A stretch of 63,952 nucleotides of DNA, filler included, from Octopus bimaculoides (lineage: Eukaryota), in the NCBI RefSeq assembly GCF_001194135.2. It is 5 parts of 5 records of this genome, joined end to end, with 100 filler letters (N's around TTAATTAATTAA, not from the genome) between each part and the next. Parts side by side here need not be neighbours in the genome. Positions count along the whole stretch, not along the records: positions 1 to 20,912 come from NC_068981.1; positions 21,013 to 49,740 come from NC_068999.1; 3 more parts are not named here. One strand, given 5' to 3'. The notes beneath the pieces were generated by a model. That model was not told the origin of the DNA and ran no database searches. It saw only the letters and a list, made by a program, of their open reading frames with translations. Shown here piece by piece: positions 11,131-22,949 of the stretch (positions are counted from its first letter, which is position 1; every line of letters begins with the position of its first letter). Both the position numbers and the translations under genes were made by a program.

Positions 11131-12599
11131 AATTTTATTTCTATCTCTCTCCCTCTCTTTTTCTTTCTCTCTCTCTCTTTCTAATACCTATCTCTTTCTT
11201 TCTAATTCTTTCTCTAAGTCCTTTTCCTCTACTAAACTCTTTCATAACAACTCTTTCTCTCAAATACCAACCTCTCATGACTAAAATTCTCTCTCTCCTA
11301 ATCTTTTCCAAATCGACATTTTCCATCTCTCAAATTGCTTTTCTTCTTTCTCTTCTCCAAACCTTTCCCCCACCATCAAATGCTTTGTCTCCAACTCTTT
11401 CAAAAAATATTAGCTCTCTCCCTTCCCACTTACACTCTTTTTCTCAGAAACTCTCTCCTCACACTCTCTCTCAAAATACTTTCTCCTTCGAGCAATCTCT
11501 TTCTGCTACTCTTTTTCAAATTTCCTTCTCTTCTCACTCAAATACTTACCTTTCTATTCTTTCTCAAACTCATTCCTCCTTTTCTGCAAAACTCATTCAT
11601 TCCCCCCCCCCCTCTCTCTCTGTTTTTTTCTCTCGCTCTTTCTCTCTGTCTATTCCTCTCTATAGTCATTAATGCTTCCCTCATTCCCTACATAATTTCA
11701 CTGGTTCTTAGCACAAAGAAATCAATAAAATCAATGCAATAAACCAAAGGATCCATGTTGGAAAGGTTTAGTCGTTCCAAGCCCTTTCATGCTACCAAAT
11801 AACCTGTAATAGAATTCAGGGAATGGATATAAATTATGAAACTCAAAAGAGACTTCAAGAGATTCTTGCATGTGTGGTAACTATGATCAAAAGAAAACTA
11901 AATATTGGCATTGAATACTTTACATTTCTTGTCCATTGTTCTTCCATATACTGAAGAATGTAAGGAAGACCAAAAGAATTAGAAATTCTTTCAGCCAAAT
12001 GTTATATCAATTAATTATCTCAGTTGTTGTTGTAGTTGTTGTTGTAGCTACATAGCTGCAGGTCAACTCTTATCAAACAAGCCCATGACCTGCATATAGT
12101 CAGTCAAACGACTACATGTGATTTGCCAAGCAGAAAGCCATAATGTATTCTCCCACATGCAGAGGTTAATCCCATTGGTTGTGGCATGACAATCAGTACA
12201 TGTAGTCTCTCTACTGGTTGTGTGTTATCTCTATTTCTTGATGTCTGCACACTATCGTGATAACCTCAGTGGAAGCAGGCATGATGGACTTGGTTAGCTG
12301 TGTGGCAGAGATGCTGTTTGTTTGCACTTATTTTGGGGATATGTACCCTAAGTATTGTGCTTCTTTTGTTTTGCTTTTTTTTTTTTTTTTTGGCTAATGA
12401 GATTCATACTCTTTTTGAGTGTGTGATTTTCTGTAACAATTGTTAGGGTTGAGTGACAAGGATGTATTATTTTAAGATCATATCACAGTTATTTTAATGA
12501 TATTCAGGGGGTCATTTGTGCATGTGTGTTTGTGTGTGTATAGGGTGTGTATGAAGAGATTTATGTTTATAAAAAAGCAGATATATAATAACAGGTAAT

Positions 12600-13440
12600 A
12601 ACTTTATTTCTCAAAAAATGCTATGAGGATAAAAATAAACCTTCTTTGCTATAATGTTATTCAATAAAGCCACCATCAGCTTCAACAACTGCTTCTACAT
12701 GAGATCTAAATCATCTACATGCTCAAATCAACTGGTACTGGTTCATTTTGGACATTACTCTGACTATGGCAGCTTTTAAAGGTCAATGGGGGTGTTCATT
12801 GACCTCTCTCTCAACAACACTCCACATGTAATAGTCCAATGGATTGAGATCTGGGGAATTAGGAGACCAAATTTTAGGGGTTATGTGATCATGGAAATTT
12901 TCAGCCATCCATTCCTGTGTTACTAGAGCCATGTGTGATAGTGCAGAGTCTTACTGAAACGCATATGGCCATCCAGTGCATACACTGTCTATCAAGGGCT
13001 TAACAATTATTTCCAGGACCCCAATGTAGGTGGCAGAGTTAACTCTAAGGCCTTGTGGAAAGAAGTAAGGAAGCATCATATGTCCTTCATTGCTGACAAC
13101 CCCTAAAACCATGACAGTTGCAGGAAATTTTGTATGCATAACACTTGGAACTTCAGAAGGGTCTGCACATAACCATTTGTCATTTCTTCTGATATCTTTT
13201 TGATCTTGGTCTCCATGTTGAGTCTGAGATCATGTTTGAAGATAAAGGGAGGCATACCGTTTCCATCACTGTGTTCACTCCAAACACCATGATGTTGACT
13301 GTTTGATTTTTATCACTCTTGGTACATGTCCTGAAATGTTTGTATTGGAGCTTCCAATGCAAATGCCAAGCAATACGGCATATCATTTCCAAATTTATGG
13401 CAGAGTGAATTATGTCATGGTGCTGTTTTTCTCACAGACG
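12600..13440 (-). mobile_element. maT (DD37D) Tc1/mariner transposase pseudogene
   Basis: VMHTKFPATVMVLGVVSNEGH...FQ*DSALSH...WSPNSPDLNPLDYYMW. I counted 37 residues between D2 and D3. TIRs were not recognised. Confidence 0.85.
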
Positions 13441-13569
13441 GTGCCCAATTGATCCTACTATACTGTGTAGTTGATAAAATCAAAAACAAACAATTCACAT
13501 GTACAAAATTAAAAATATAAAATGACAACAATTTACTCATCACACCTTGTATATGTATGTACATATATG

Positions 13570-13757
13570 TGCCAGTGGAACATAAAAAGCACCGACTACA
13601 CTTTTGGAGTGGTTGGCGTTAGGAAGGGCATCTAGCTGTAGAAACATTGCCTGATCAGATTGGAGTCTGGTGCAGCTGGTGGCTCTCCAGACCTCAGTCA
13701 AGCCGTCCAACCTATGCCAGCATGGAAAACAGACGTTAAACATTGATGATGATGTTG
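13570..13757 (+). mobile_element. RTE 3' UTR copy
   Basis: ggagtggttggcgttaggaagggcatctagctgtagaaac...agacgttaaacattgatgatgatg. Confidence 0.85.
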
Positions 13758-14395
13758 ATATATATATATACATACATATATATGTTGTCAGGTCAGTCTT
13801 GGGTGTTACTGGTAACATGTAACCAAATACAACCTATTGCATGGTTGGTTAACCAGTGATTAAACTGTCAACCCTACCAAGCTTGCGTAGGTGAGGAGGA
13901 GGATTTGGACACCCTGTGAGAAGAAAAACAACACTTGCCAAAGGGTGGAGCAATTTGTAAGAGTCAATTGCTATCCAGTACTGTGTAAATAGAAGAGTTA
14001 ACCTCCATGACAAAAAGTCTCTGAGTCAGGGTCACAATGAAGTTATTGGGAGCAGTATGGCGGGATGTGAAGTTGGACATATTGATTTTCATTCAAAGTA
14101 TGATCTTCATTTGGCATAACTACACAACATAGTCTAGGTGGAAGAGCCTCTTCAGTCAACGGTCAGTCTAGTGTCGACCAATCCAGTAATCAGATTACTG
14201 CCAATTGATAGAACTGGCAATTCATCAACTCACTTTAGCTACTTGAAAACACTATGGAGTTTTGGAACCTCAAAATGTCACCAATTGGATGACAAAAAGA
14301 AAAGAAGAATGTGTGAGTGTATATATCTCTCTGAATAATAAGCTACCAGGTGTATACCATACGATTTATTGTCTAATAATAATAATAATAATAAT

Positions 14396-14830
14396 CAATA
14401 CACACAGATAGAGAAATTAAGGCCAATAGACCAGATATAGTTGTCAAAGATCATGAAGAAAAAAAATGCTTTCTAATTGATGTATCAATACCAGCAGATG
14501 ACAACGTTTCCCTAAAAGAAATGGAAAAACTTTCAAGATACAAAGACCTGGAAATAGAGGTAACTCGAATGTGGAATCTAAAAACAGAAACAATTCCTAT
14601 TATAGTAGGTGCCTTAGGTATAATAAAAAAATATTCAGACAAATACATAACAAAAACACCAGGACATACAGAAAATTGCACTACTGGGCACTGCACACAT
14701 CCTACGCAAAACACTTTCAATACAGTAACCATAAGAGCATCACAGCAAACCACAGCACATACCCAAGGCACACAGAGCTGCGCTCGGTAGTGAAGTGAAA
14801 GCACATTATAAAAATAAACCTACTGAACAA
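14396..14830 (+). mobile_element. 5'-truncated R4/Dong-clade non-LTR retrotransposon (RLE domain and 3' UTR)
   Basis: Open frame from 14398: IHTDREIKANRPDIVVKDHEEKKCFLIDVSIPADDNVSLKEMEKLSRYKDLEIEVTRMWNLKTETIPIIVGALG (PD-(D/E)xK restriction-like endonuclease). Both ends are flanked by (TAA)n. Confidence 0.85.
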
Positions 14831-14860
14831 TAATAATAATAATAATAATANNNNNNNNNN

Positions 14861-14917
<57 letters not shown>

Positions 14918-14918
<1 letters not shown>

Positions 14919-15025
14919 TTGCTTTCAGTTTCTATCTACAAAATCCACTCACAAGGCTTTGGTCTGCCAAAGGCTATAGTAGAACACTTGCCCAAGGTGT
15001 CATACATTGGAACTGAACCCAAAAA
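14918..15025 (-). mobile_element. SINE family A (partial)
   Basis: ctttcagtttctatctacaaaatccactcacaaggctttggtc...cacttgcccaaggtg is the reverse complement of the family A head. Confidence 0.8.
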
Positions 15026-15135
15026 GATAAACAGAATGTTGTAAACAAGCCAGAAAAATGTCACCTGGAACTGACTCACAATAACCAATTGATGACCAAT
15101 GTTGAGAGGTCAAATTAATCAACATGAATACAACA

Positions 15136-15207
15136 AACTCATATGTCCATAACTCATATGTCCATAACTCATATGTCCATAACTCATATGTCCATAACTC
15201 ATATGTC
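15136..15207. repeat. 15-bp tandem repeat, about 4.8 copies
   Basis: Unit aactcatatgtccat, exact copies. Confidence 0.95.
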
Positions 15208-16920
15208 ATGTTCATTACATGAAAGAAATAAAAGATTTACAACTAATGCTTATAAAGACTGGCTATTTACAAAAGTTCAAACTGTTGCAGTGAAATTCTG
15301 TCAGTGACTTAGGTTGAAGTTCTGCAACGAAAATTTTGTCACTTCATAATAACAAATTAAAACTGTACTTAATAGTTGTTGTGTGCATTCTTCAATTGCT
15401 AAAATGACTCCTCTACCATGTAATTGCTTCAGTTTCAATACACTGTCTTAGATTAAGTCAAGTACTGGACAAGTGCAACTCTGAAATTTTATAAGGTATT
15501 GATGAATTATTTTAAGATTTGTGGGGATGAAAGTGTTATTTGTTTTAGCAGTGTTGTTGCTTAAGATGAGAGGGTATAACTGTATTGTATTGTTTAGAAT
15601 TTTTGTTGCTGTTGTTGCTATCTTAAAGAATCTTAGAGAACAACATTACAAAAATGAATAATTAAAGCTTCAGAAAAGTTCTAATACTCATCTTAAAGAG
15701 CAAAAATTGCATAAAAAATTACTCTTTATAAGCACACAAATATCCATGATCATAATCAAGCAGGCGACTGTAGTGTCAAAGAAAATTCCTATTCTAAGCT
15801 GCATAATACAATAGGATAATTCTGTAAGTGTATCATGAGTGTGATGTATTGGTTGAGCTGAGTATATGAAAAGAACACAGGTGTGAGTGGACTGTCTAGC
15901 AGCATGACAAGTATATGTCCCACTGGAACAATTTGGGTGATTCTAGCAGCTGAGTGGTTTAACTGTGTTGTTATCAATGCTGTCCTCAACACTACCCACT
16001 GGCCTTGATACTACAACCACACTTCTCACAGCTGTCCAGTTTTAACGTGTGTGTCACTACTCACAGTTAGCAGAGACAGTTGTATTTATAGCTATTTCTT
16101 TCAGAGAACAAATTGTCAAAAGATGGAATTGTCAAAAAGATCCTGTTGCATAAGAAGTCCAAATAGCCAGTGTTTTGACGACATAATCAACAATTGAACA
16201 AATCATATTTGTGTCATGTAGTGACATTAGATTGGCCTGTTGCTCACTGACATCATCAATCTCTTCAATAAATCCTGATTCCTATTTCAATTCCTTCATG
16301 TTTGAGACTGTCAAATATTCCTGCTACAGTTATAATTTGACAAAACGAAAGTGGTACACTATTATTGAAGATCACGCTAATGAGTTGTCTTATTTATCAA
16401 CTTTTCACAGGAAGAACTGATTAAAACTAATTAAGTATCATTAAAGATATAAATTTTATTGACCAGTGATTCTATTTCATACTGGTATTAACCTCACCAT
16501 AAAATTGACACCATCATAAACTAAATTTGTGGGTAATGAATTATTTAAATCTTTAACATAAGGATAGATAATCTTCAAAATTGTTTGTTGGTAGAAAAGT
16601 CCCTTGTCAACAGGGCGTGCAATAAAACTGCCAAGAGTGAGGGACCCTTAGCTGTTGTCACATCATCCTTCTAGGAGAGGGGCAGTATAAAACCTGTAGT
16701 TTCATGAGATTACTGATCATCTCATTTCAACCTGTCACTGGGTACTAATCATAAAGACTCAGAAAATGGTACTCTTGTCGTACAAGTATTTATCACTATA
16801 ATCCAATGACATATAGATATCTCTTTTATGGTGACTTTATTTATCATTGTATCTAACGAAAATCCTATGGTAATGGAAAAGTGGTGACATGTGCAGACCT
16901 AACCAGTGGAAGTTCACAGA

Positions 16921-17065
16921 ACTTTTGTCTGTCACCTATACAACAAAAAATGCAGATCTGCAACAGGACAGAATAGTCATCTGAGAAGTCATAGATGTGA
17001 AGTCAGAAATGCTATTGACAATGAGGAAGCAAAAGATGGCAATCATCTGTGAAGATGTAGCAATC
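16921..17065 (+). mobile_element. Decayed C2H2-like finger, probably the C-terminus of an RTE-type LINE ORF2
   Basis: TFVCHLYNKKCRSATGQNSHLRSH. The spacing is C-x2-(Y for C)-x12-H-x3-H, resembling the CRSRIGLxSH terminal finger of RTE-like ORF2. Confidence 0.4.
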
Positions 17066-17383
17066 AAGCATATATATATAATAAAGCCTAAAATTAGATG
17101 AGTGCAAAATATATAGTATTACATTGCACAGTTTTTTCTCTAGTTACTTTTATTAAGAAAAAATACCCATAACAATGTAATAAAATTTTATTATTTTTAT
17201 TTAGATTATTTTTTTGTTGCCAATCATATTTTTTTTTTTATATAAATTAAACTATTAAAAACTAACATATTGGATTATAGCAGATTACTCCTGCAGCAGT
17301 CATGTGAGCTATACATTGCATTATAAGTTTTTAAGACAATTTAAGACAATCAAGATGCCTACTGTGTATGCATTTGAAAACTG

Positions 17384-17439
<56 letters not shown>

Positions 17440-18082
17440 TACACACAAACACACATGCACACACACATACATACACATATATACATACAAACACACATGC
17501 ACACACACACACACACACACACGCACACACACACACACATATGAACCATCTCAAGTGTAAATGCCCGAAATGGTCATGACTTTTGGGACTTGACTGATGA
17601 AAGAAAGCCAAGAATGACCCGTCTTTTTTTGCCTGTCCTTCTAATTGTTGTTCCTCTTGTCCGCCTTTGTATCGTCTATCTGTCCGAACATTTTAATGTC
17701 CTCTATTGCGTTTTTGTTCCATTTATATTTATATATATNNNNNNNNNNATATAATTTAGAGAAAACCCACTATTAAATAATTCAATAAGTAAGAATGTAT
17801 ATATATATGCCATCCACATACTCACACACATGTGTATGTATATGTGTATATATATATTACAAGATTAATTTAATGTAGTCAGCTTTCCATTTATAATGTT
17901 CATGTTATGGAAAGTAAACAAAACTAAATACATTTTGTTACTCTCATTAGACCTACCCACATACATAGCAGGCACACACACACCCAGAAGCATCTTACTT
18001 TAAAAACATGACTATGTTAAAGTTTTATCTCATTATTTTGTTAGCAGTTTTTATTATTAGTTCTTTGTTCTTTATATACAGT

Positions 18083-18300
18083 GAGCCAGCAGAACTGTTA
18101 GCACACCAGACAAAATGCTTGATGGCATTGCTTCTGACTTTACAGTCTGAGTTCAAATTCCATCAAGGCTTACTTTGTCTTTCATCCTCTCAAGGTCAAT
18201 AGAATATGTATCAGTCAAATACTGGGCTTGATGAACTTGATTACAACCCCATCAAACCAAATTTCTTACCTTGTGTCTATAGTAGAAAGGTTTATCAGTT
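18083..18300 (+). mobile_element. SINE family B (diverged)
   Basis: gagccagcagaactgttagcacaccagacaaaatgctt...tctgagttcaaattcc resembles 57272-57400. Confidence 0.7.
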
Positions 18301-18544
18301 GTTCATCTTTGAAATAATAACATTCCAAAATGTATTTGGCTCACATTTCCAGACCTTCACAATCTCATTTTAAAATTAAGCCATTCTAATGATGGTTTGT
18401 CCACATGTTCTATGATAAGTGGCAAAGGGTCTTGGGAACAATTTTATAACTAGTAAAAATCTTCAACACTGGATTCAAAATTATGGAATGATAAATTTTG
18501 GTAGATTTCATGATATGACATTTTTTATATATAATATTATCTTT

Positions 18545-18665
18545 GTTTGTAACAAAGGGCCTCTCACGCAGAATCAAAACAGATTTCCATGGCAGTGAAA
18601 CATGGGCTGTAAATGCAGAGGACATGCAAAAGCTTTAGAGAAATGAAGCCAGTATGTTCCACTCT
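18545..18665 (+). mobile_element. RTE ORF2 fragment
   Basis: gtaacaaagggcctctc...catggcagtgaaacatgggctgtaaatgcagaggacatgcaaaagctttagagaaatgaagccagtatg is homologous to 29140-29270 (HGSETWAVNAEDM). Confidence 0.6.
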
Positions 18666-19399
18666 AAATATCACCCACACCACTTGATTTTTCTACCAAT
18701 CACACCTTTCTGTGTCTCCATTTATCTCCCCATCTCCTCTGAAAAACATCTTAGGATTGTCATTACTTCCCCTTTAACACCCTCTCTTATCTAGTATCAT
18801 TTTCATCAACCCCTCATTTCTGCTGCTGCTGATGGCTTCACCTCGACCTCTGTCCTGCACTTACAATAGCTTCCCTTATGTACCTCTGACATCCATCTCT
18901 GTCACTGTACATTTCTCTCACTCTGATCTGTCTACTCTCATGCCCATACATCGTCTCCATATTTTCTGATCCACCTATAGGCTTAATAAACTACTTCCCT
19001 TCTCTCTTCCTGTACTGCCATTTGTCACCACCTCCTTCCTGATCCACTCTTATCCTTTCACCTTTGCCCCTCCTCAAACTGATACTTACTATCAATACAC
19101 TTCCACTCTGGTTCCATTCACTACATTCACCTTTACACCTATCTAACTGTCTGTCACTCTCCTCTCACACTCTAATGAACTTGTCCACCATTCCTGATTC
19201 TTTGTATTTTCTCTGATACTCAATTTTTGAATCTTGAGAGTACACTCTCACATTTCATCACTACCATCATTGTCTTCTTTCCAGCTGCAGGTTAGCCATG
19301 TATCTCTTTTATAGCCAGATACCTATGCCTATCCTTCTACCATTCTTTGGCCTCCCGACAACTGGCGTAAAGCCATCTCCCTCTTGACTACAACTCCAC

Positions 19400-19620
19400 T
19401 CAATTGAAGGATTGTGTGAATGATGCAGTGATCTCACTAATGTCAAGGTCATGAAAAAAGCACTCAGTTACTTTCAATAAAGTTGGCAACGGGAAGGGCA
19501 TCCTGCTGTAGAACACATGTCAAATTAGACAGAGCTTAATGCTCTTCTCCAGTTCAATAGATCCTGTCAAATCATCTAACCTCAGTTAGCATGGAAACTG
19601 GAAATTAAATGATGGTAATG
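19400..19620 (+). mobile_element. Old RTE 3' UTR copy
   Basis: gttggcaacgggaagggcatcctgctgtagaa...gcatggaaactggaaattaaatgatggtaatg. Confidence 0.65.
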
Positions 19621-19647
19621 ATATATATACATATGTGTGTGTGTATA

Positions 19648-20853
19648 CAGAGTGGGGCAGAGAGGACGGACGTTTTTTAAAATTTCACAAAATCCTTAAT
19701 TTTAGCTGCAAACAAATTTTATTGATATCAATATATTTGTATTGAATTAGCATTTGTCAAAATCAAATGTGAAAAATAACATCCATCATGTGGTGTCCGT
19801 TTTCATTTCTGAAGGCATTCTTGGAAGTTGGCCTCCACTTTCTCCAGAATTGCTCTGTCGATTTGGGTGACTTCCATATGAATAGCTTCCTTCAGATTGT
19901 CCAATATACACACATGCCTTGAAGTTTTTCCACAATAATCACAGATGGCAAAATCAGAGGGCTGAGGGGGCCAAGGAATGTCAGCAAACCTGGAAATGAT
20001 GTGGTTACCAAAGAGAAAGCGAAGAACATCCATTGATGCTCTAGCTGTGTGGGCCACTGATCCATCCTGCTGAAACCACACATATCAAATAGGCATACGT
20101 TTTCATCATAATTCAGGCACAAGGAAGTTTTTTATCATCTCAATGTAACACTCGGAATTCACAGTAGCAACATTTCCATTATTGTCTTTAAAAAAAATAA
20201 GAACCAATGACAGCAGCTTTTTCAACAGCACACTAAACCACCATTTTTGAGTTGTGCAGTGGTCTTTCATGCAGTTCTTTTGGATTTTCAAAAGCCCAAT
20301 AATGACAGTTCTCTTGATTCACCATGACATCACTCATCAACAAAATGAAGCTGTCATTTACCTCAAAAATTGACGTGTGAAGTTAAACCACTATGCATAG
20401 TCCCACGGTTTCAACTGTTGCCCAATGACTAATTTGTATGGGTGGAAATGCAGGTCTTCATGCAAAATACACCTTACCAATTGATTATCGATGCCAAGTT
20501 CAGTGGAATGCCTCCAAAAGGAGCAATTTGGACTCCATATCAAAGCTTGTCTGACACGTTTCACATTTTCCAGGGTCCATACCATTCATGGCACCTCCAA
20601 CAGCTTGATTTCGGTAAATGTAAAAGTGGCGCCAAAACTCACGCTGAACTGCTGTGACTGACTCGTTATTCTTCACGTAACTGTTGTAGGCAAACACATG
20701 ATGCTCTATTGTCCACAGTACCATGGCTTCACTTGAAAAGAAAAAATGTGCTTAGATGCCATGGATCAAATGGTACCTGTTGGACATATGTCCCTCACCT
20801 TGGGGCTGAGTAATAGCCATTTCAAAAATGTCCGTCCTCTGTGCTCCACCCTG
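19648..20853 (-). mobile_element. Full-length defective DD41D (rosa/Visitor) transposon
   Basis: Imperfect TIRs of about 35 bp (cagagtggggcagagaggacggacg and cgtcctctgtgctccaccctg), with TA at 19646-47 and 20854-55. Transposase pieces include SVTAVQREF, LHFHPYKL and FQQDGSVAH...WPPQPSDFAICD, with 41 residues counted between D2 and D3. Confidence 0.9.
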
Positions 20854-22949
20854 TATATATATATATATATATATGTATATGCGTGTATATATATATATAT
20901 ATATATATATATNNNNNNNNNNNNNNNNNNNNNNNNNNNNNNNNNNNNNNNNNNNNTTAATTAATTAANNNNNNNNNNNNNNNNNNNNNNNNNNNNNNNN
21001 NNNNNNNNNNNNGTCTCATTATATTATAAATGCTCTAAAACAGATCGAGTGAGTGTTAGCAAATGCGTTCGCTGGCAGACATCTTAGGTGTGCATGCGTG
21101 ATGCACAACCTTGAACGTGTAGCTGTTGAATTCAACCGATAGTTAGCCTTTGGCAGAGGCTTACAAAACAAAATTTATATATAAAAAAAATAACTATAAA
21201 ACAGTATAAATGTCTACACTGATGAGTGCGTGTGTATTACACGAACAGGGAGCACAAACGCAAAATGTACACTACAAACAATATTACTAAATATAACAGT
21301 TCCTCTTTAACACTTCTTTCACCCAGCCTCGTTCTATTCTCAGTTCAGTGTGTAAAGTTGAGGTCATGACAGGGAAAAAGCATAAGAAATAAAGGAAAAT
21401 CTCTTCTTTCTATTTACTCAATGAACTAGTTCTTCTATAGGAGAAGGGGTTATCTTTTTTCACAGCTGCACGGCGTAGAGTTTCATTACTCGCTATGGTC
21501 ACATCAGCATAATGCAGAACATACCAGCTAGGCATTATCATCTAGAAACAATTAGTTTGTAAATAATTTAAGGTTTAGCTCTGTGTCTTTATTTTTGCCT
21601 TCTTTGTGAGTGTGTGTGTGCGTGTGTGTGTGTGTGTGTGTAGTTATTTATTTGACGTTTCGTTTATTTTATCTTCTGTTTTTCGCTAACATTGTATTGC
21701 TGGGCGGTGTGCGTTCGTAAATACGGTACTATGTATATACATATGTATGTATGTATGTATCTATGTGTGTATGTATGCATGGGTGTATGTATGCATGCAT
21801 ATACGTATGTGTGTGTGCGCGTGTGTATGAGTATAATTGCACATGTATAATAGCAGATTCTTCACATTGTAGCTAATGCCATAGCACTAATTTAAAAGCA
21901 AAATTTAATACTTTAAGATCACCCAACAGAATACATAGTAGTAATATCCTTTCAACAATACCACAAGGCCTGAAATTTTTAGTATCTATCAATGCCTATT
22001 CGTCTTCTTTTTAAGAGATAAATGTGTGATACGCTAATTCTATCACGTCAAACCACAGTATAGAGAGACACCATAAGATGTCTAGACTTTCTTTTGAAAT
22101 GATTATTATTTGAGGTAATAGTTGGAACAATTCTCACATTGAATAATCTGCAGCGAATAACTTTGTTTCCTTTATTTATTCCTACTTAAAGAACAGCTGA
22201 AAAACTATAAGCTGATACGTTTAGGAATTTGCGTTGTAAAATTAGATTTTTTTTTTTTTTTGCCAAATAAATACACGTTCTATATATTCGTTCTTCATTC
22301 GTTTATTACTGTTTTTTTTATTGAAGTCGGAAAGTGTCGCTGAAGAGGGTCACAGGTGTATGACGAAAGATTGAAAAACGAATATATAGTGCGTGTGTTT
22401 ATTTGAGAATAAATAAATAAATGAATTAATAATAAATTAATAAAATGACCATCCCGCAATACAGCAATATAAGATGATAGTTAATCTTGTACCCACCTCA
22501 TTCGATGCTTGCTGCTCTTGTATGATTAACAAAAACGAGGTGGGTACATATTTCGATCACCTTTTAGAAGGATATCAAGACTGCGAGTGAAACAAATTGC
22601 TTGTAATAGGACACAGTTGCTCTCTGCAATCAAAAACATTGCTTGAGACATTTCTAGCTACGAATCTGAAGTTTCTATTTCGAAGTCGATTTTGCAATAT
22701 GAAGAATTACAAGAAAATTATATATATATACATACTTATATATATATATATATNNNNNNNNNNNNNNNNNNNNNNNNNNNNNNNNNNNNNNNNNNNNNNN
22801 NNNNNNNNTCCTTTCGTGCAAAAACTTTATAAGCTCCATGTCAGTACACTAGGTTAACAATGGGCCGATTAATTAAATCTGTCAATAACCAAAATATAAT
22901 GACCATTATTTATGCCTTTGCTTTGTGTGTACGTATAGGGTTATGACGT

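Larger units (their letters stand above)
10320..11690. repeat. Long strand-asymmetric polypyrimidine low-complexity tract
   Basis: Plus strand is overwhelmingly C/T with recurring ctctttctctcaaa-like motifs. It is interrupted by an RTE tail at 10878-11130. Confidence 0.8.

Noticed and set aside
11821-11877. Possible 57-nt exon GMDINYETQKRLQEILACV between ag and gtaact
   Set aside because: The acceptor is weak (no polypyrimidine tract), the peptide is unrecognisable, and no partner exons were found.
20957-20968. ttaattaattaa island inside N-runs (also near 49785, 56045 and 62791)
   Set aside because: Each sits in a 100-bp block of 44 N + 12 nt + 44 N and gives stops in all six frames. It is a scaffolding linker, not biology.
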